Positions 28,901 through 42,670 of a stretch of DNA of 64,000 bases are shown here, one piece after another (the first letter of the stretch is position 1; each line of letters opens with the position of its first letter). The translations under genes were made by a program, and so were the position numbers. Origin of the DNA: Epiperipatus broadwayi. Its lineage: Eukaryota > Animalia > Onychophora. The notes under the pieces were generated by a model that saw only the letters and a program-made list of their open reading frames with translations, was not told the origin of the DNA and made no database searches. The stretch spans positions 23,002,001-23,066,000 of the forward strand of contig JAQFVV010000001.1 in assembly GCA_028023455.1 (NCBI GenBank). Direction: 5' to 3'.

Positions 28901-31900
28901 TTAGTTTTGGTAGATTTTATTTTAAAACAGTTAAGAGATATTTATGGAACTCATAATATATCAGTTGTTTATTTATATTAGCATAGAACTAGTGTTGATA
29001 TTTATTGTAAGAGATCTCTGATTATGATTTTTTTTTTTCAATGTTTCCTATTGAAAGCAGTTTTATTACATATAATGGTTCTAAATATTTTAATATGTTT
29101 ATGCAATAATGTTTTTTAAAATTAATATCAGTTATATGACTTTAAAAAAAGGTTTACATCATTGTTTGTATTATATTAAATAATATTTGATGTATTTTTA
29201 TTTTTATGTATTTTATATTATGATTTCTATTATATTTTAAACTCATTACTTTTTTTTAATGGAGAGTATTACAGTATTATTTTTTGTTGGTTTCTGGATA
29301 AATATATACATATACTTAAGTTTTACATACAGTAATTCTAAGGTTTGAGAGTAAGAAATTTTTTATTAAAAAAAAAAGGATACAAAATAAATAATCATGA
29401 TTTTGTATAAATGTACCTGCCAAAATTCAATATCCATATATAAACTCTATTATTCCCTGTGTCTAATATAGTAGAAAGTTTTATCGAGGATATTCAGATT
29501 TGGATCTTTCATTTAGACCTTACAAATATTGGTTACTCATATCTTTTGTTATGGCTATTGTTTATGGAATTTGTATGAACTTGCGATGAAGATTTTTGCA
29601 GGAAAAAAAATAACTTTATACTATATTGAAGCTAAAAGGTGAAAATAGTCATGCATTTTCCCAAAATATTATCCATGCTTGACATAATTATGATAATTAG
29701 ACCATCATTTTGATATGTGCCTTAAGTTATGCTTAATATAAATAAAGAATGTGTAGGTCTATTGGCATTAAATGCCTGTCTCCAAAATAAAATTTAATTT
29801 TAGAAATAATTTTGAATTCAACTTTGTTGATAGCAATTGTTTTGATATGTTATCCTTTAGTTCATTATAATATACTTTTTGGTTTTATATTTTCTGTTGT
29901 TTATTAATTCATTAAGAAATAGAATTAATTTTTTCATTTATTGATCATTTATATTCAAAATTATTTTTATCAAAATTTATTTTAAAGACCCTACTATCTT
30001 TTAAAAAGCGACTGATGATTTATATAAACCCATCTTTTGCAGTTTGTAACAAGTTTTGATTGTTTTTTATGACTGTATTGTCTTTTTTTTTTCTCATTAA
30101 AAAAATCTTAATTACCAGCATACATTTTGAAATTGTATTTTATAAAGTATTTCAATAACTTACAGGATTTTCTCAGCATTAATCTTTTCTTTTTTTTAAT
30201 CTGTATGAAGAATTAATTTAGAATACAAAATTAGATAATAATTTTGATTATTCTATATATATGTCTCTAATTATAATAAGGTGATTAAGTGGACAATTTG
30301 AGATAGCACAACTAAACTAGTATTTTTAATTTCTTGTCTTTTTTTTTTTAAATCTACATTGAGTTTCATCTTTTTTTTCTCTATATCATATCTTCATAAA
30401 GAAAATACCTATTTTTTAATTTTATCTTTTTATTTTGACATATATATATATTTCTTTTATAATACTAAAATATTTGTTGAAATTGATGATTGTTGTGACA
30501 ACAGAAAAACATCATTTCAAAATGTGCAAGAGAATCCAATCATTTATGCCTATTATGTTGAAAATTTTGTGAATAACAGAATAGCATTTAAATTATTTCC
30601 AAAAGTTATCATCAACTTGATAACACCTTATAATAATAAATACAGGTTGTTTGCCCTTTGTTATCAAATTTTCCTAAGTAAGTTGGTATTATTTCTGTCA
30701 GTATAGTTTTTCTTTTTATTTGAAAATATATCCTTTCGATTAATGATCAGGACTATATACCTTTTTTTTTTTTTAGACATTTTATTTATATATTTACATT
30801 TTAAAGAGTAGCTTTATTATTATTTTATCCATACATAATATTGATTTTGCATTAAATTTCTTGACTGCACTATTATTTACTAGATTTATTTATATGACAT
30901 TTTGATTATATTTTATACAAACATCTTTATGTGTCTATACAAACATACACGTTTAAATATACATTTAACATGCTTAGAAAGTTATCAGCTTTGATTTGGG
31001 TGTTGAAATACATTGCAGACTCCAGTATTTTCATTATCACTTCAGCAAAATTAGTTGTACATAGAGGGTTATTCTAATAAAAGTATTAGAAAATATTTTA
31101 CTTAAGAATGCTCTATAAGATTCTGAAAATAGCAAGACAATAAGATCAATCAGTATATTCTTTAACTTGTTGGATACAATGTTGTTGCATCTTCACATCT
31201 TCATTAGATTGGGCATGTGAAATAAATGAAAGATATTAATTATGATCTTCATGGAAGAAGCAAAGATGGAATATTGATTACTTTTATTGGAAGGATACAA
31301 CTTTCTGAAAGTTTATTGCAGAAATTTAAATGACAATATTGTGAAGTATTGAATAAACATAGCATGTGATGTATTTAGATATGTTTTTTATCTTTTTATT
31401 CTTTGAGATTTTTTTTTTCAAGTTCTTTTTTTTCTGAAATTAGAATGATCATTCACATTTATAAGAGGCCGATAATGAAAACAGATTTACATGCAAACAG
31501 TTATATTAAATAATTTTGAATCATGAATAACCATGACATATATATAAATGAATATCTGTTTGGATAAATTTATTGTTTGTGGCATAAATATTTTGTAAAA
31601 CATACTATTTATATAAAAGTTCTAATAAGTAATATGGAACCAAAGGTATGTTATATATGAACATACATACATATATATTTAATTGTATGTGCTTAAGATT
31701 TGCATCTGTATGTATACAGTAGTACTCCTGTGTCATGATTTTTTTTATCTGCAATTTTAATTACAAAAAAGAATTTAATGAAAAAAAAATTTTTTTTTAG
31801 TTAACAATGCTGATAACATTTGTTTTTCCAATAAAGTAGGAATTTTAAATCAAATTACACCTAAATCTTCATTTTAATAAAAATCCTTATGTTTATTTTT

Positions 31901-32743
31901 ATATAGCTGTAATTAAAACAATGAATGAAAAGAACTTAGTTTTTCAAATAACTCACCCCCACCCCCCTCTTTTTTTATTGTTAGAAATTCATAGTCAGCG
32001 TATTCAATGATTTCATTCTTTAAAAATTTAAATTAAAAGACTTTGGAAAATTATTTTTTTCTTCAGTGATCCTCCCCTCTCTACACTTAACCAATTGGAT
32101 ATAATATTTTTTAAAAATTAATTTCTGCATTAATCATGATTTTAGATTGAAAGATAAAACAGACAGCTTTTCTAAATATATTTTATTAATTTATAAGTAT
32201 TTACAATATTTGTTTTTTCTTTAATTTTATTTTTAAATCTTGAGTAATACTATATATACATATTAAAAACATCTGTATTATGTATGTGTACTAAAAATGC
32301 ATTTTATATTGGAATCACTACTAACTAAATTTCAGTTCACAGGAGACTTGAAACTAAATACCAAGGATATATAGGGGCTATTATGTATATGTTATTTTTA
32401 TTATAAATATTTAAAAGTTATTTTTTACTATCTTGATAATGGGGTAAAAATGTTTCTTAGCTTATACTAAAAAAAAAAAAAACATTAAAATTAATTTTGA
32501 ATGAAGGTATTAAAATTGAGATATTTCACTTTCTTTAATATTTTTTTGATCTTAATGTATTTTTCATTATTTTCAAAATCAAAATTGATTTTATATTTTT
32601 GTGAGCCAAATGATAAATAAAAGCCATTTTAAAAACATCTTTCACTGCTTTAAATTAACCAAATACTGCCAATTGAAGTTGTAAAAATTTGCATAACATG
32701 TAAAACTAGTATTTAAATAAAAGTGTAAATAGTCATACCATAC

Positions 32744-32860
32744 CTATAAGAAGACTTTCTCCTCCTGTTTCTGTGTCCAATAGATAATTAATAAAAGCTG
32801 TTTTTCCAGAACTCCAAGGTCCAATCACTAAAATAATTGGCTTTGCAAAGAGTTCTGCAT
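32744..32860 (-). CDS. SRL: Sarcalumenin P-loop exon (117 nt, phase 1-1)
   Basis: AG/GT boundaries. It translates (D)AELFAKPIILVIGPWSSGKTAFINYLLDTETGGESLLI(G), cf. vertebrate [29 protein letters not shown]. It is too short for the ORF track. Confidence 0.95.
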
Positions 32861-35800
32861 CTAAAAAAAAAATAATAATATTAAATTAGCAATGTATTTA
32901 TTTTCCAATCTTAAATAAGATTGGAAGATAGTAAAAATGACTCATTTTGGCTGAATAATAAAAAACTATGCAAATTGTGTTGAATAAATTATTATTTAAT
33001 TTTTAAACAAAAGTGGTAACAATAAAATTAAAAAAATGTTGAAATATTTTAATAAATTGTTGGTTTAGTAAATTGTATGTAATTCTGAGGAAATAATATG
33101 AATTGCTTAATAAAATTCTTTAAATAATTTGAAAAGGAAACGTTTTCAATTGATTATTTAATAGATAATCTTTAATAAACATATATATATAACAATTCTG
33201 AGAAAAGCAATATCTTTATAAAAATTAAATTTAAGCCACTTATAATTAAATTAACAATTTTGAGTAATGAGTTTATTCTTTTTGTAAATTATTTTCAATT
33301 AAAAAAAGGAGAAGCTCAAATCCTTGTAAATGACGTAGAAGTAATGATAGAAAAATATTTTATTTTACTTAATGTTTTCTATTACTAGTGTTTTTTTCCT
33401 CTGTCTATCTAATAACAATTATATAGTCAGTTGCTTGAAAAGCATTGATATTTAAGCAGTAAAGTGATAGGCTGAATGCAATTCATTCAATTGTTTAAAC
33501 TTTAATCTTATATTGGGAAACCCCTATTCACTTATATGCTTGTAGAATGATTTCTGCCTATTTATAAAGAAACCACTCTTATTCTGAATGAACTAAATTC
33601 AAAACCAATTTATGAACAGTTCAGATTAACTAATATGATAATAAAAAAATTTTCACAAAAATAATTCTCGTAGTACATACATCAATGAAAAAATTGAATA
33701 GTAAAAAAATAGGACAAAATATATAATCATATGTAATGTAAATACTCACAATGCATATCTATGCTAAAATTTCATTTTCAAAACAAAAGACATCAGAAAG
33801 AATATGATGGTAGCTTCTAATGTCAGTACATTTAAGTTAATGTAAAATAAATTGAAAACATGCAGTCTAAGAATATAATATCTATAACACACTTTTTAAT
33901 GAAGTTTTATCCATAATCTATATCTATTTTTTTTTATCATCAAATTTATGATATATAAAAATGGTGCAATTTGTATTAGAGTACAATATTTGAATTTCTG
34001 TCATTCAGCAATGCAAAATTTCTTCATAACTATGAATAATGAATTTTAATTTAATTATTTTCCTTTATTAAATTAATTTTTTTTAAGGAATATTGATCAA
34101 TAAGATATGCTAGTACATTATATTTAATTTTTAAAATTTTTATATAATTATAGGTTTGTATTTGAATAATTTTGTGTGTTTTGAAAATTTTCCAAATTCA
34201 AACTCAACTTTGAATCCAGAGTTTCAAAATAATGCTAATCTATCTGTACTATAATTTTGCTTCATTTTGTTTTTCTTTTTTCATTAGTTAGTTTGAAATT
34301 CACCAAAGTCTTCAGCATTATAAATTTATATTTGGACTTTTTTAAAAAATTTAGTTATTACCTTAAAAAAAATCTATGTTATTGAAATGTCAATAAATAA
34401 TTTAGATACTGCATATAATCATAATAAAATCATCAGGATCTTCTACCTACTGATCATTCTTCTCATGAATTTTATCTTGACTGCGTTTACATATAGAAAA
34501 ATCTGAAAGAATATTTGACATATGCACATGTATAAAGATTAACACTTTATTACCCTATTTCAGAACCATCTATATAAACATAAATCATCAATGGACACCA
34601 ACCTCAGGCTAGTTTCACCAATAATAAATACTCAAATGTACAATTATTTTTCACAATAATTTTTATTTTTATATTATTTTATTGACTTGAAGGTTTTAAT
34701 GCCCAAATCAACTTACAGCTAACTATATAGAGCTAAAATTAAGTCAGAAACCATTTGTATTGGTAATTTTAATAATATGTTAACTGGTATCCATTGATTG
34801 TTTATGCTTACATAGATAATTCTATAGCTGTTAAATTTAAGTTAAAGGATTACCTGATTCTTTACTTGTGACATATTCGTTTTAATACTGTACCATAGAA
34901 TACATAATATATCATGGCCAACACTCATTTGAGCAGCAGAATTGTCAAGTAATGCTTTGATCCAAGGAACTCTTAATTCTCAAGTCTATCACTCTTCCAT
35001 GTGTTAAATGTTATTTGCATTTCTGATTATTTAGTTAAAGATACATATATATACTAAGAGATTGATTTGTTAATAAATTTGTCAAAAAAAAAATTGTCAC
35101 CAATATTTTAGAAAGTTTAAGTTACATTCATTTAAGACTGGATTTTAATTAATATTATGCTTGAACTTAAAAAAATCGTTTGTTGTTTTTTTTTTAATTT
35201 TATTATTGTCATGACATATTAAAATTCATATTATTTAGAATTTTATATTTCTTCTATTGGAATGTATAAATGCAAAAAATAGAGGAGACTCTGGGATTAG
35301 TATATTTTTAAATGAGAATGTGGATATCAATGAAATAATTTTTTAAAGATTTTTATTTTTGTTTTAATAATAAATTGTCTAATAAAATTTTCTTGTTTTA
35401 TTAAAATTTAATATACTATTATATGTATATTTTCAGCTATTTGTAAATTGTTAAATTCTATTTCATGTAATACTGTCTGCTTAGCATTCTCATTTTTGGA
35501 ATGCATCCAAAATTCTGAGTTATAAAACATTTCAAAATATTTTAATTATTATTTAAAAACCATCTAGAAATAATTATTTTTAGTAGTAGTTCATATATTA
35601 AAGTACAATAATAGTAATTTAAACTTAATTTTGCATAAATTTGATATTTGAATCTTGGAATCTGTTAATTTGGATAATGAACATTCTTTTGTAATGAGAA
35701 TCTGTTGTAAGCTACTTTGTAAATTTAAACTTAATCTGTTAATAATAAATTTATCCATATATTTATTATACATTAAAATAATTAGCAATACTTTTTATAA

Positions 35801-37178
35801 AAAGCATATTTGTGACTATTACATAATGTGACTAATTCATTTTAGAGATCACTTATGGTATAATTAATTCTGACAAATTGATATTTAATATTTTTTTGTC
35901 ACATTCAACAGCTTGATGTATTTATTCATGCTTTTTGACAATTATGTTTTATGTTAGCATTTTGTTAGAATTTTTTCATATACCAACATTTAGATTCATT
36001 TTAAGGTTTGGCATAAGTGATAGTACATAGAAAGTAAAATTATATTGAGTTTTATTTATATAAAGATTAAAACTTTGCATACAAATATTCTTTATTCAAA
36101 AGCAAAAGCCCTTTATATGATTCATTGTAGATGCTATTTATTTACATGATCAATTATCTATTGCTTTTATTGCAACATTTTAGCAATTATGTCTTTATTT
36201 ATTTATTGTACATTTTATTTATTTTATAACATGGCAGAAGTTTTTTGTACCTTATTTAAACAAAAATATTATTATCCATTACTTAATAAATATTTTATTC
36301 TATTGAGAATTGTTTAAAGATAATATTTATCACAACAATTAAATATGTCTACAAAAAAAAAATCCCAGAAATTTAACCAGACATTGGAAGTATTTTTATA
36401 TTGGTTATCATCTAGAACAAATTTATTGCTAAATGATTGATATCAATCTCTTTTTATTATGGAAAAAAGAGTTTGTATATTTCTTTGTGTTTGAAGACAA
36501 TAAAAAGAGTGAATCTATTAAAGTTATTCATTTTAAAATGGTTAAGAAAGACTCTTCAATAAATTACCTGTGAAGTGTAGCCATTTTAGTATTGACTAGT
36601 TTATTTAGATTGTATATCCATAGTTGGCAATATATATTTTTATAATAACAAATCATTACTTATAAAAAATAAAAAGTAATAGGATATATAGTCATTTGCT
36701 TTATTTAATGTTTATTAAAAAAGGTAAATTTTTTTGTCAAGAACAGATTTCAATATTTGTCTTTTCATTTGTTAATATATAATTTCCTATTCTGTATCAG
36801 TACAATGCACTCATTTTTAATGTGGTCAAAAACTTTGGAACCCAAAGTCTACATTGTAATATAATACTTGAATTGTTATCTTTTTAAGTAATATTTTAAA
36901 ATTCTAGAACTTCTGTCAATTCTAATGTCTTTCTAGTATTTTTTTAATTGGATGATTAAAATGACAGAAGTTATGAAAATTCATAAACTGAGCAATATAT
37001 TTGAAATATCTTTATTGCTGATATTTTAAAACATAAAAAAAATGAGTTTATGTCTAAATAGGAATGATTAATAGAAGTATAACAGTTTGTGTTCATGTTG
37101 TTTTTTGTAATGTATCAGCAGGATATATTTGCGTATGTTTAATTTTTATAAAATTATTTAATTAAAAAAAATGCTTAC

Positions 37179-38339
37179 CACTGAATGTATATCCATATAA
37201 ATCTGTGAATTTATAAGTTTTTTCAACAGGCTTTATGGTGTTGTGATAAATTTTTTGAAGTCGTTTAAGAATATCATTGGCATATTTATCCACTTTTGTT
37301 TGTTTAACCATACTTTCTGTATCCAGATGTAAGAGCTCATCAATATAATCTGTGATTCTTTTATGCTCAAAAATTTCTTCTTGGTCACTTTCTTTTTCAG
37401 TTTCCTCCTCCTGAGCATATTCTTTGTCCACTATTTTTTCCTCAGCTTCCTCTTTTTCGCTTTTTTCTTCTTCAGCTTCTTTCTCTTTTTCACTTAATTG
37501 TTCTTCTTTCATTTCAGCCTCTTTTTCCTCTTCAGTTTCTTTTTCCATTTCACTTTTGTCTTCACCCTCTTCTTCACCTTTTTCTTCTTCAATTTCTTTC
37601 TCTTCTCCAATTTCTTTCTCTTCTCCAATTTCTTTCTCTTCTCCAATTTTTTTTTCTTCTTCAATTTCTTTTTCTTCTATCTCTTCTGATATTTCTTTTT
37701 CTTCTTCACTTTCTTTTTCTTTCTCTTCAATACTTTCTTCTATAATTTCTTCTTCACTTTTTTCAATTTCTTCTGCCTCAAATTCTTCAGTTCTGTGTTC
37801 TTCTATGTCTTCCTCTACTTCTTCCATTTCTTCTACCTTTTCCATTTTTTCCTCATCTTCTTTTTCACTTTCTAATTTTTCTTCTTCAGCTAGATCTTTT
37901 TCACTTTCAGCTTCACTTTTTTCTTCTGCCTCTTTTATAAAATCTTCTTCAATCATATCTTTTGCCTCAGTTTCTTCCCCTTCAAGTTCTTCAGCTTCTT
38001 CTCTAGACTCTTCTTCAACTTCCTGTTCTAATTGCTCTTGAGCCTCTTCAATTTTTTCTGATGAAGCAACAATAGCTTCTTCAGAAGGAATTGCTTCTTC
38101 TTCATGTTCAATGTGACAGGGAGGAGGTGGTTCGTCTGTACATTGTAATAAACAATGCCTACCCCCAGTGGTTATTATATGAATTGGTTTTTCTGAAATT
38201 AAGAATGATTTTGGAAATTTATCAAACTTTTCCTCAAGACATGGTGATGGAGGTGGTGGTGGGGCTTCTCGTTTGTTTGTCTGATGTTGACATTCCCCTC
38301 TTTGACAACTGGATGCTGAGGAAGAGCCCTCAGTTTTGC
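37179..38339 (-). CDS. SRL: Sarcalumenin large exon (1161 nt): Cys/Pro-rich segment, Glu-rich acidic region, start of conserved domain
   Basis: It lies within ORF 37162-38385. The acceptor is AAGCAG (38345-38340) and the donor is GTAAGC after ...ILKRLQKIYHNTIKPVEKTYKFTDLYGYTFS, cf. vertebrate [25 protein letters not shown]. It joins the P-loop exon in frame. Confidence 0.9.
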
Positions 38340-38464
38340 CTGCTTTTAATAATAATAAAAAAATATTAATATTTGTGATTAACATTTAAATTATCTTAAT
38401 ATTTATTACTTTGGAATAACATTAACAAAATTAGCTATTTTTTTAAAAAAAATGTAAATCTTAC

Positions 38465-38521
38465 CGTGTGCTTGTTCATCGTGTCCATGATGAGTGGTGG
38501 GCTTTTTAATTACAATTGATA
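38465..38521 (-). CDS. SRL: Sarcalumenin small upstream exon (57 nt, phase 1-1)
   Basis: tttttag / gtaaga boundaries. It translates xSIVIKKPTTHHGHDEQAH(G) and joins the large exon in frame across a 125-nt intron. Confidence 0.75.
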
Positions 38522-38876
38522 CTAAAAATAATATATATATTTATATGAGTTATAAGGTTTTGGATTTTGATAAAGTATTGAATGTTAAGAAATACTATCA
38601 AAATAATCAATTTAAATTTTGATTGCTTATAGTTTTGGACATATACAAATATACACCTTTGTATTCCATATTATTTTTTATTACAATATTTATTGTATAA
38701 TGGATATTTTATTTTCACACACACACATATATATATACATGACAAAACAGCTCTCCACTTTACTACCATCTAGGGAAACTTGATTTAAGTTAAAAGTTTA
38801 GGATGATTTGAATTTCTAACTTTTAGCTTCATAGATAAAGTGAAGTCAAAGGTGGTTGCAGGATACATATATCCAT

Positions 38877-38959
38877 TCCTTTTAAATTTGAATCCTAGGC
38901 CTTATTGTTGAAGTAAAAGCCAGAAACTAGTCTGGGGATAAGGATTCAAATATTAAGGA
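38877..38959. repeat. Small imperfect inverted repeat
   Basis: tccttttaaatttgaatcct (38877-38896) pairs with aggattcaaatattaagga (38941-38959). Confidence 0.55.
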
Positions 38960-41498
38960 TAATCATTTTGTATGCATTTGTTAATCACTGATTCCCAAGC
39001 TTATACTAAACTGCAGTAAAATGAAGAGTTACTTTTATTTTATATTGTTTAAACTGGGTATTTAATGGTTTGTTGTTAATAAGTATGTGTATATATATGT
39101 GTGTGTGCATGTGGATGTGTATTTGCCTTCATATATATGTGTGCTTAATGCATTTAATAAATTATTTTTATTTTTATATTAAAATAATTTAACATTATGT
39201 GTTAAATTTTAATAAGATAAGATAAAATAAAGAAATTGGTAGATAAGGGTTAAATTTCTAAAATTTGTGGTATGAAAGTTTTTACAACAATAAACTTTAA
39301 CAATGAATTTCACTCACAATATAGGAACAAAATTAGTTAATATCTAAAACTTCATAATACATATAACTTCTTTTTTAAATTAAAAATAATTATTCATAAA
39401 AAAACTATGAAAATTACTGTTGGTCAATCAAGAATTGCTTCAAGTTCATTAGAGGCCAGTTTACATTTAATTTTTAATTTATTTTTTTTGTTTGTGTTTC
39501 AACATGTCAAGTGAAACTTATTAAATAAGACAAAGTAGTAGTCTGCAGCAAATACTGAATAAGACACTATTGTACTTATTATATCTGATTGATCTTTAAA
39601 CAGTGAAGTATAAATTATATTTTAATATTACATTCACAAAATATTTTTTCTATTAAAAAAAAAAAAATCTTTGATGATCAGTTAGTCCACCTGTGTTAAT
39701 AAATTTTAACATTTTAGAAATTACACTTTCTCTTCCTGCATATATCTGATCTTTATACAAGGATTTGCTATAAATTGTTACTATCAATATATACTCACTA
39801 CTTCCATTAACAATCAACTATTTGCTATAATAATAGTTAAAAAATAATTTTGAATTTTTTTTTTTTTTTTTTTAAATGACTGCCTTTTTTTTTTTTTTTT
39901 TAAAAAGGGCAGGTACTTTGAGACTATAATGATTTCATGAAAATAACATTATATGCCTAAGATAAAATGGTGATGTTTATGCTAAAAAAATACAGAACAG
40001 TTATAGAGTTTATTCAATATATATATATAGTGATTATCATTTGATTATACAGAAGTGCATTGTATTTTGTATAATAATAAAATGCATTTAAAATAATTTG
40101 AAATCTGTTTACCTAATTTTCATCCAGTATTTTTGCTAGACAATCTACTGTAATTTGTCACCCATCCTGGGTTAAATAAGACTTTTATCATAAAAAGCAA
40201 AATAATAATAGTAATAATAAAAGTGAAAAAATACAAGTGTCATTCATTGCAATACATAATTAAAACAAGCTTTGATCATAGAGATTAACCAAGTGAATTA
40301 ATAATAAATTTTAAAATATGTTCATTAGTTAAAATATATTCACTTGCTTAATTTTTGTCAATGCTAATTCTGCTGAAGGCAAAAATGCTGACATCAACAA
40401 TCTAAATTATTTTGACTGGAAAAAAGGGACAAAAAATTATTTCATACATTATGCAATAGATAATCAAAATTATATGATCAAAGGATACTAAATATAAGTT
40501 GAAAATATTATATATTTGCTTAGTTTTTTATTATTATTCTCACAATCTATTTATAGTAGGATTTCTTGTTATGGAGGTTTTCGTTGCAAATGTAAAATAT
40601 CAGCAAAAAATATATAACTCAGTATATAAGTAAAATCAAACTTCAATCTATATACAAAAACAAAGTGCATTAATTCGCCTATATTGTGACAGGTCTGTTG
40701 TGCCAGCTATTGCTATTTTTTGTTGTCTTTTAACTATTATTCTATATCAGAATACAATAAATTGGATTTGATGGAAATACACATTTACAAACAAAAATTC
40801 CTAAAAAAAATTATATATAAACATTTGCAAATATTGAAAAAAATCAGTTTATATAAGAACAAAGGACATAAAACATCATTCAACAGTCTTCGGGAAAATA
40901 GTCTTTAGAAAATCAACAAAATCTTTTTTATTTTAAATGTATTTTTAAAACACAAATGAATAAATGTTAACCACTGATAAATCTATCAAATTCTGCTTTA
41001 AATATTAAAATTGCTTTTTTATTTTTAGAATATCTCAAAAAATTCTAACAATCTATTTGTTGGCAGATAATGACATTACACCATTAGTGAAAGAAGACGG
41101 GATGCATTTTTCTTTGTTAACATTTCAGGCAAATTTATTAAATTCTATTTTTAAAAATAAAACATGAATAAAATCCAAGTATATGCATATATTCTTTTGC
41201 TTTTAAATAATTATTATACAATTATTGCTAAAAATAATCATAAATTGTTAATTAACTGTACAAAGTATCATTTTTTTTTACCTATTACAAAAATCTTTTT
41301 GAAGTAATCATAAATGTTTTTAAGATTGGAGAACAAAACCACTTTTTAATTATGTTGACTTCTAGATTTTTTTTTTTTTAATTAATATTATGTAATATAG
41401 GGTATATGAGCACAGACTTTCACACCACCCACCTCTCTCCACTCTATCTAATAACACTGATACACCTAAACACATATATGCTGAAAAGATAAATTATC

Positions 41499-41542
41499 AC
41501 CAATATACGTATTTCATGCTAAACCAGCAATCATCAGTTGGT
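41499..41542 (-). ncRNA. Minimal type I hammerhead ribozyme, unit 1
   Basis: The minus strand reads ACCAA-CTGATGA-T-TGCT(GGTTT)AGCA-T-GAA-ATACGTAT-A-TTGGT. Helix I is 5 bp and helix III is the palindrome ATACGTAT. The triplet is AUA, with predicted cleavage between 41504 and 41503. The 10.1-11.1 pair is U-U rather than G-C. Confidence 0.75.
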
Positions 41543-41973
41543 CCAGACTATCATCTTTACACACATATATAGTATAAGTGCTCAGATATATATTAAGATA
41601 GACTATCCTCATAGTTTAATGGACAGGCTTCAATCCACTCCACACTCCAACTCTTCAACCGTCCATCCAATTGAAAATCTGATGATGGAATGCTCAAAGG
41701 CCACCCTGAGGCCGAGATTCTTGTCACACCCATGTTGACTTAAGGTCAATCTGAACCCCACATGTACAGGATATAATCCATTTAATACATATGCAAGGAT
41801 GGGCAGACATCTCTATAATGTAATAACTGAAACATAGGCTTGTTATATACCTGTGGCTATATATGTGTAATATAGGGTATATGAGCACAGACTTTCACAC
41901 CACCCACCTCTCTCCACTCTATCTAATAACACTGATACACCTAAACACATATATGCTGAAAAGATAAATAATC

Positions 41974-42017
41974 ACCAATATACGTATTTCATGCTAAACC
42001 AGCAATCATCAGTTGGT
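41974..42017 (-). ncRNA. Minimal type I hammerhead ribozyme, unit 2
   Basis: The motif is identical to that of unit 1 and lies 475 bp away. Confidence 0.75.
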
Positions 42018-42626
42018 CCAGACTATCATCTTTACATACATATATAATTAAGTGCTCAGATATATATTAAGATAGACTATCCTCATAGTTTAATGGACAG
42101 GCTTCAATCCACTCCACACTCCAACTCTTCAACCGTCCATCCAATTGAAAATCTGATGATGGAATGCTCAAAGGCCACCCTGAGGCCGAGATTATTATCA
42201 CACCCATGTTGACCTAAGTTCAATCTGAACCCCACATGTACAGGACATAATCCATTTAATACATATGCAAGGATGGGCAGACATCTCTATAATGTAATAA
42301 CTGAAACACAGGCTTGTTATATACCTGTGGCTATATATATGTAATATAGGGTATTTGAGCACAGACTTTCACACACCCCACCTCTCTCCACTCTATGTCC
42401 TGTACATGTGGGGTTCAGATTGACCTTAGGTCAACATGGGTGTGACAATAATCTCGGCCTCAGGGTGGTCTTTGAGCATTCCATCATCAGATTTTCAATT
42501 GGATGGATGGTTGAAGAGTTGGAGTGTGGAGTGGATTGAAGCCTGTCCATTAAACTATGAGGATAGTCTATCTTAATATATATCTGAGCACTTATACTAT
42601 ATATGTGTGTAAAGATGATAGTCTGA

Positions 42627-42670
42627 ACCAACTGATGATTGCTGGTTTAGCATGAAATACCTATATTGGT
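42627..42670 (+). ncRNA. Hammerhead motif in the inverted arm (palindrome broken)
   Basis: ACCAACTGATGATTGCTGGTTTAGCATGAAATACCTATATTGGT. The central G>C change destroys the ATACGTAT palindrome. Confidence 0.65.

Noticed and set aside
29415-29610. Extra SRL exon ending at a CAG/GTACAT donor
   Set aside because: All three frames have stops, and the flanking exons already join seamlessly by homology.
30359-30706. 115-aa and other 60-145-aa hydrophobic ORFs in the track
   Set aside because: Their F/I/L/K/N-rich composition is what random AT-rich DNA or antisense LINE remnants give, and they show no motifs.
37424-38041. 205-aa Ser/Phe-rich plus-strand ORF (and overlapping short ORFs)
   Set aside because: It is the antisense shadow of the Glu/Lys codons in the SRL acidic exon.
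39795-39835. Alternative SRL upstream exon ending at a GTGAGT donor
   Set aside because: There are stops in all frames except a 19-nt piece (LIVNGS) and no ATG. It could be UTR but is unsupported.
41675-41735. Second, opposite-strand HHR in the 475-bp unit (CTGATGATGG...CCGAGA)
   Set aside because: It has GAGA instead of GAAA in all copies and no helix I pairing.
41538-42631. Repeated 66-aa ORF MVQTIIFTH...
   Set aside because: It recurs only because the unit is repeated; it starts at a non-ATG codon and has no recognisable motif.
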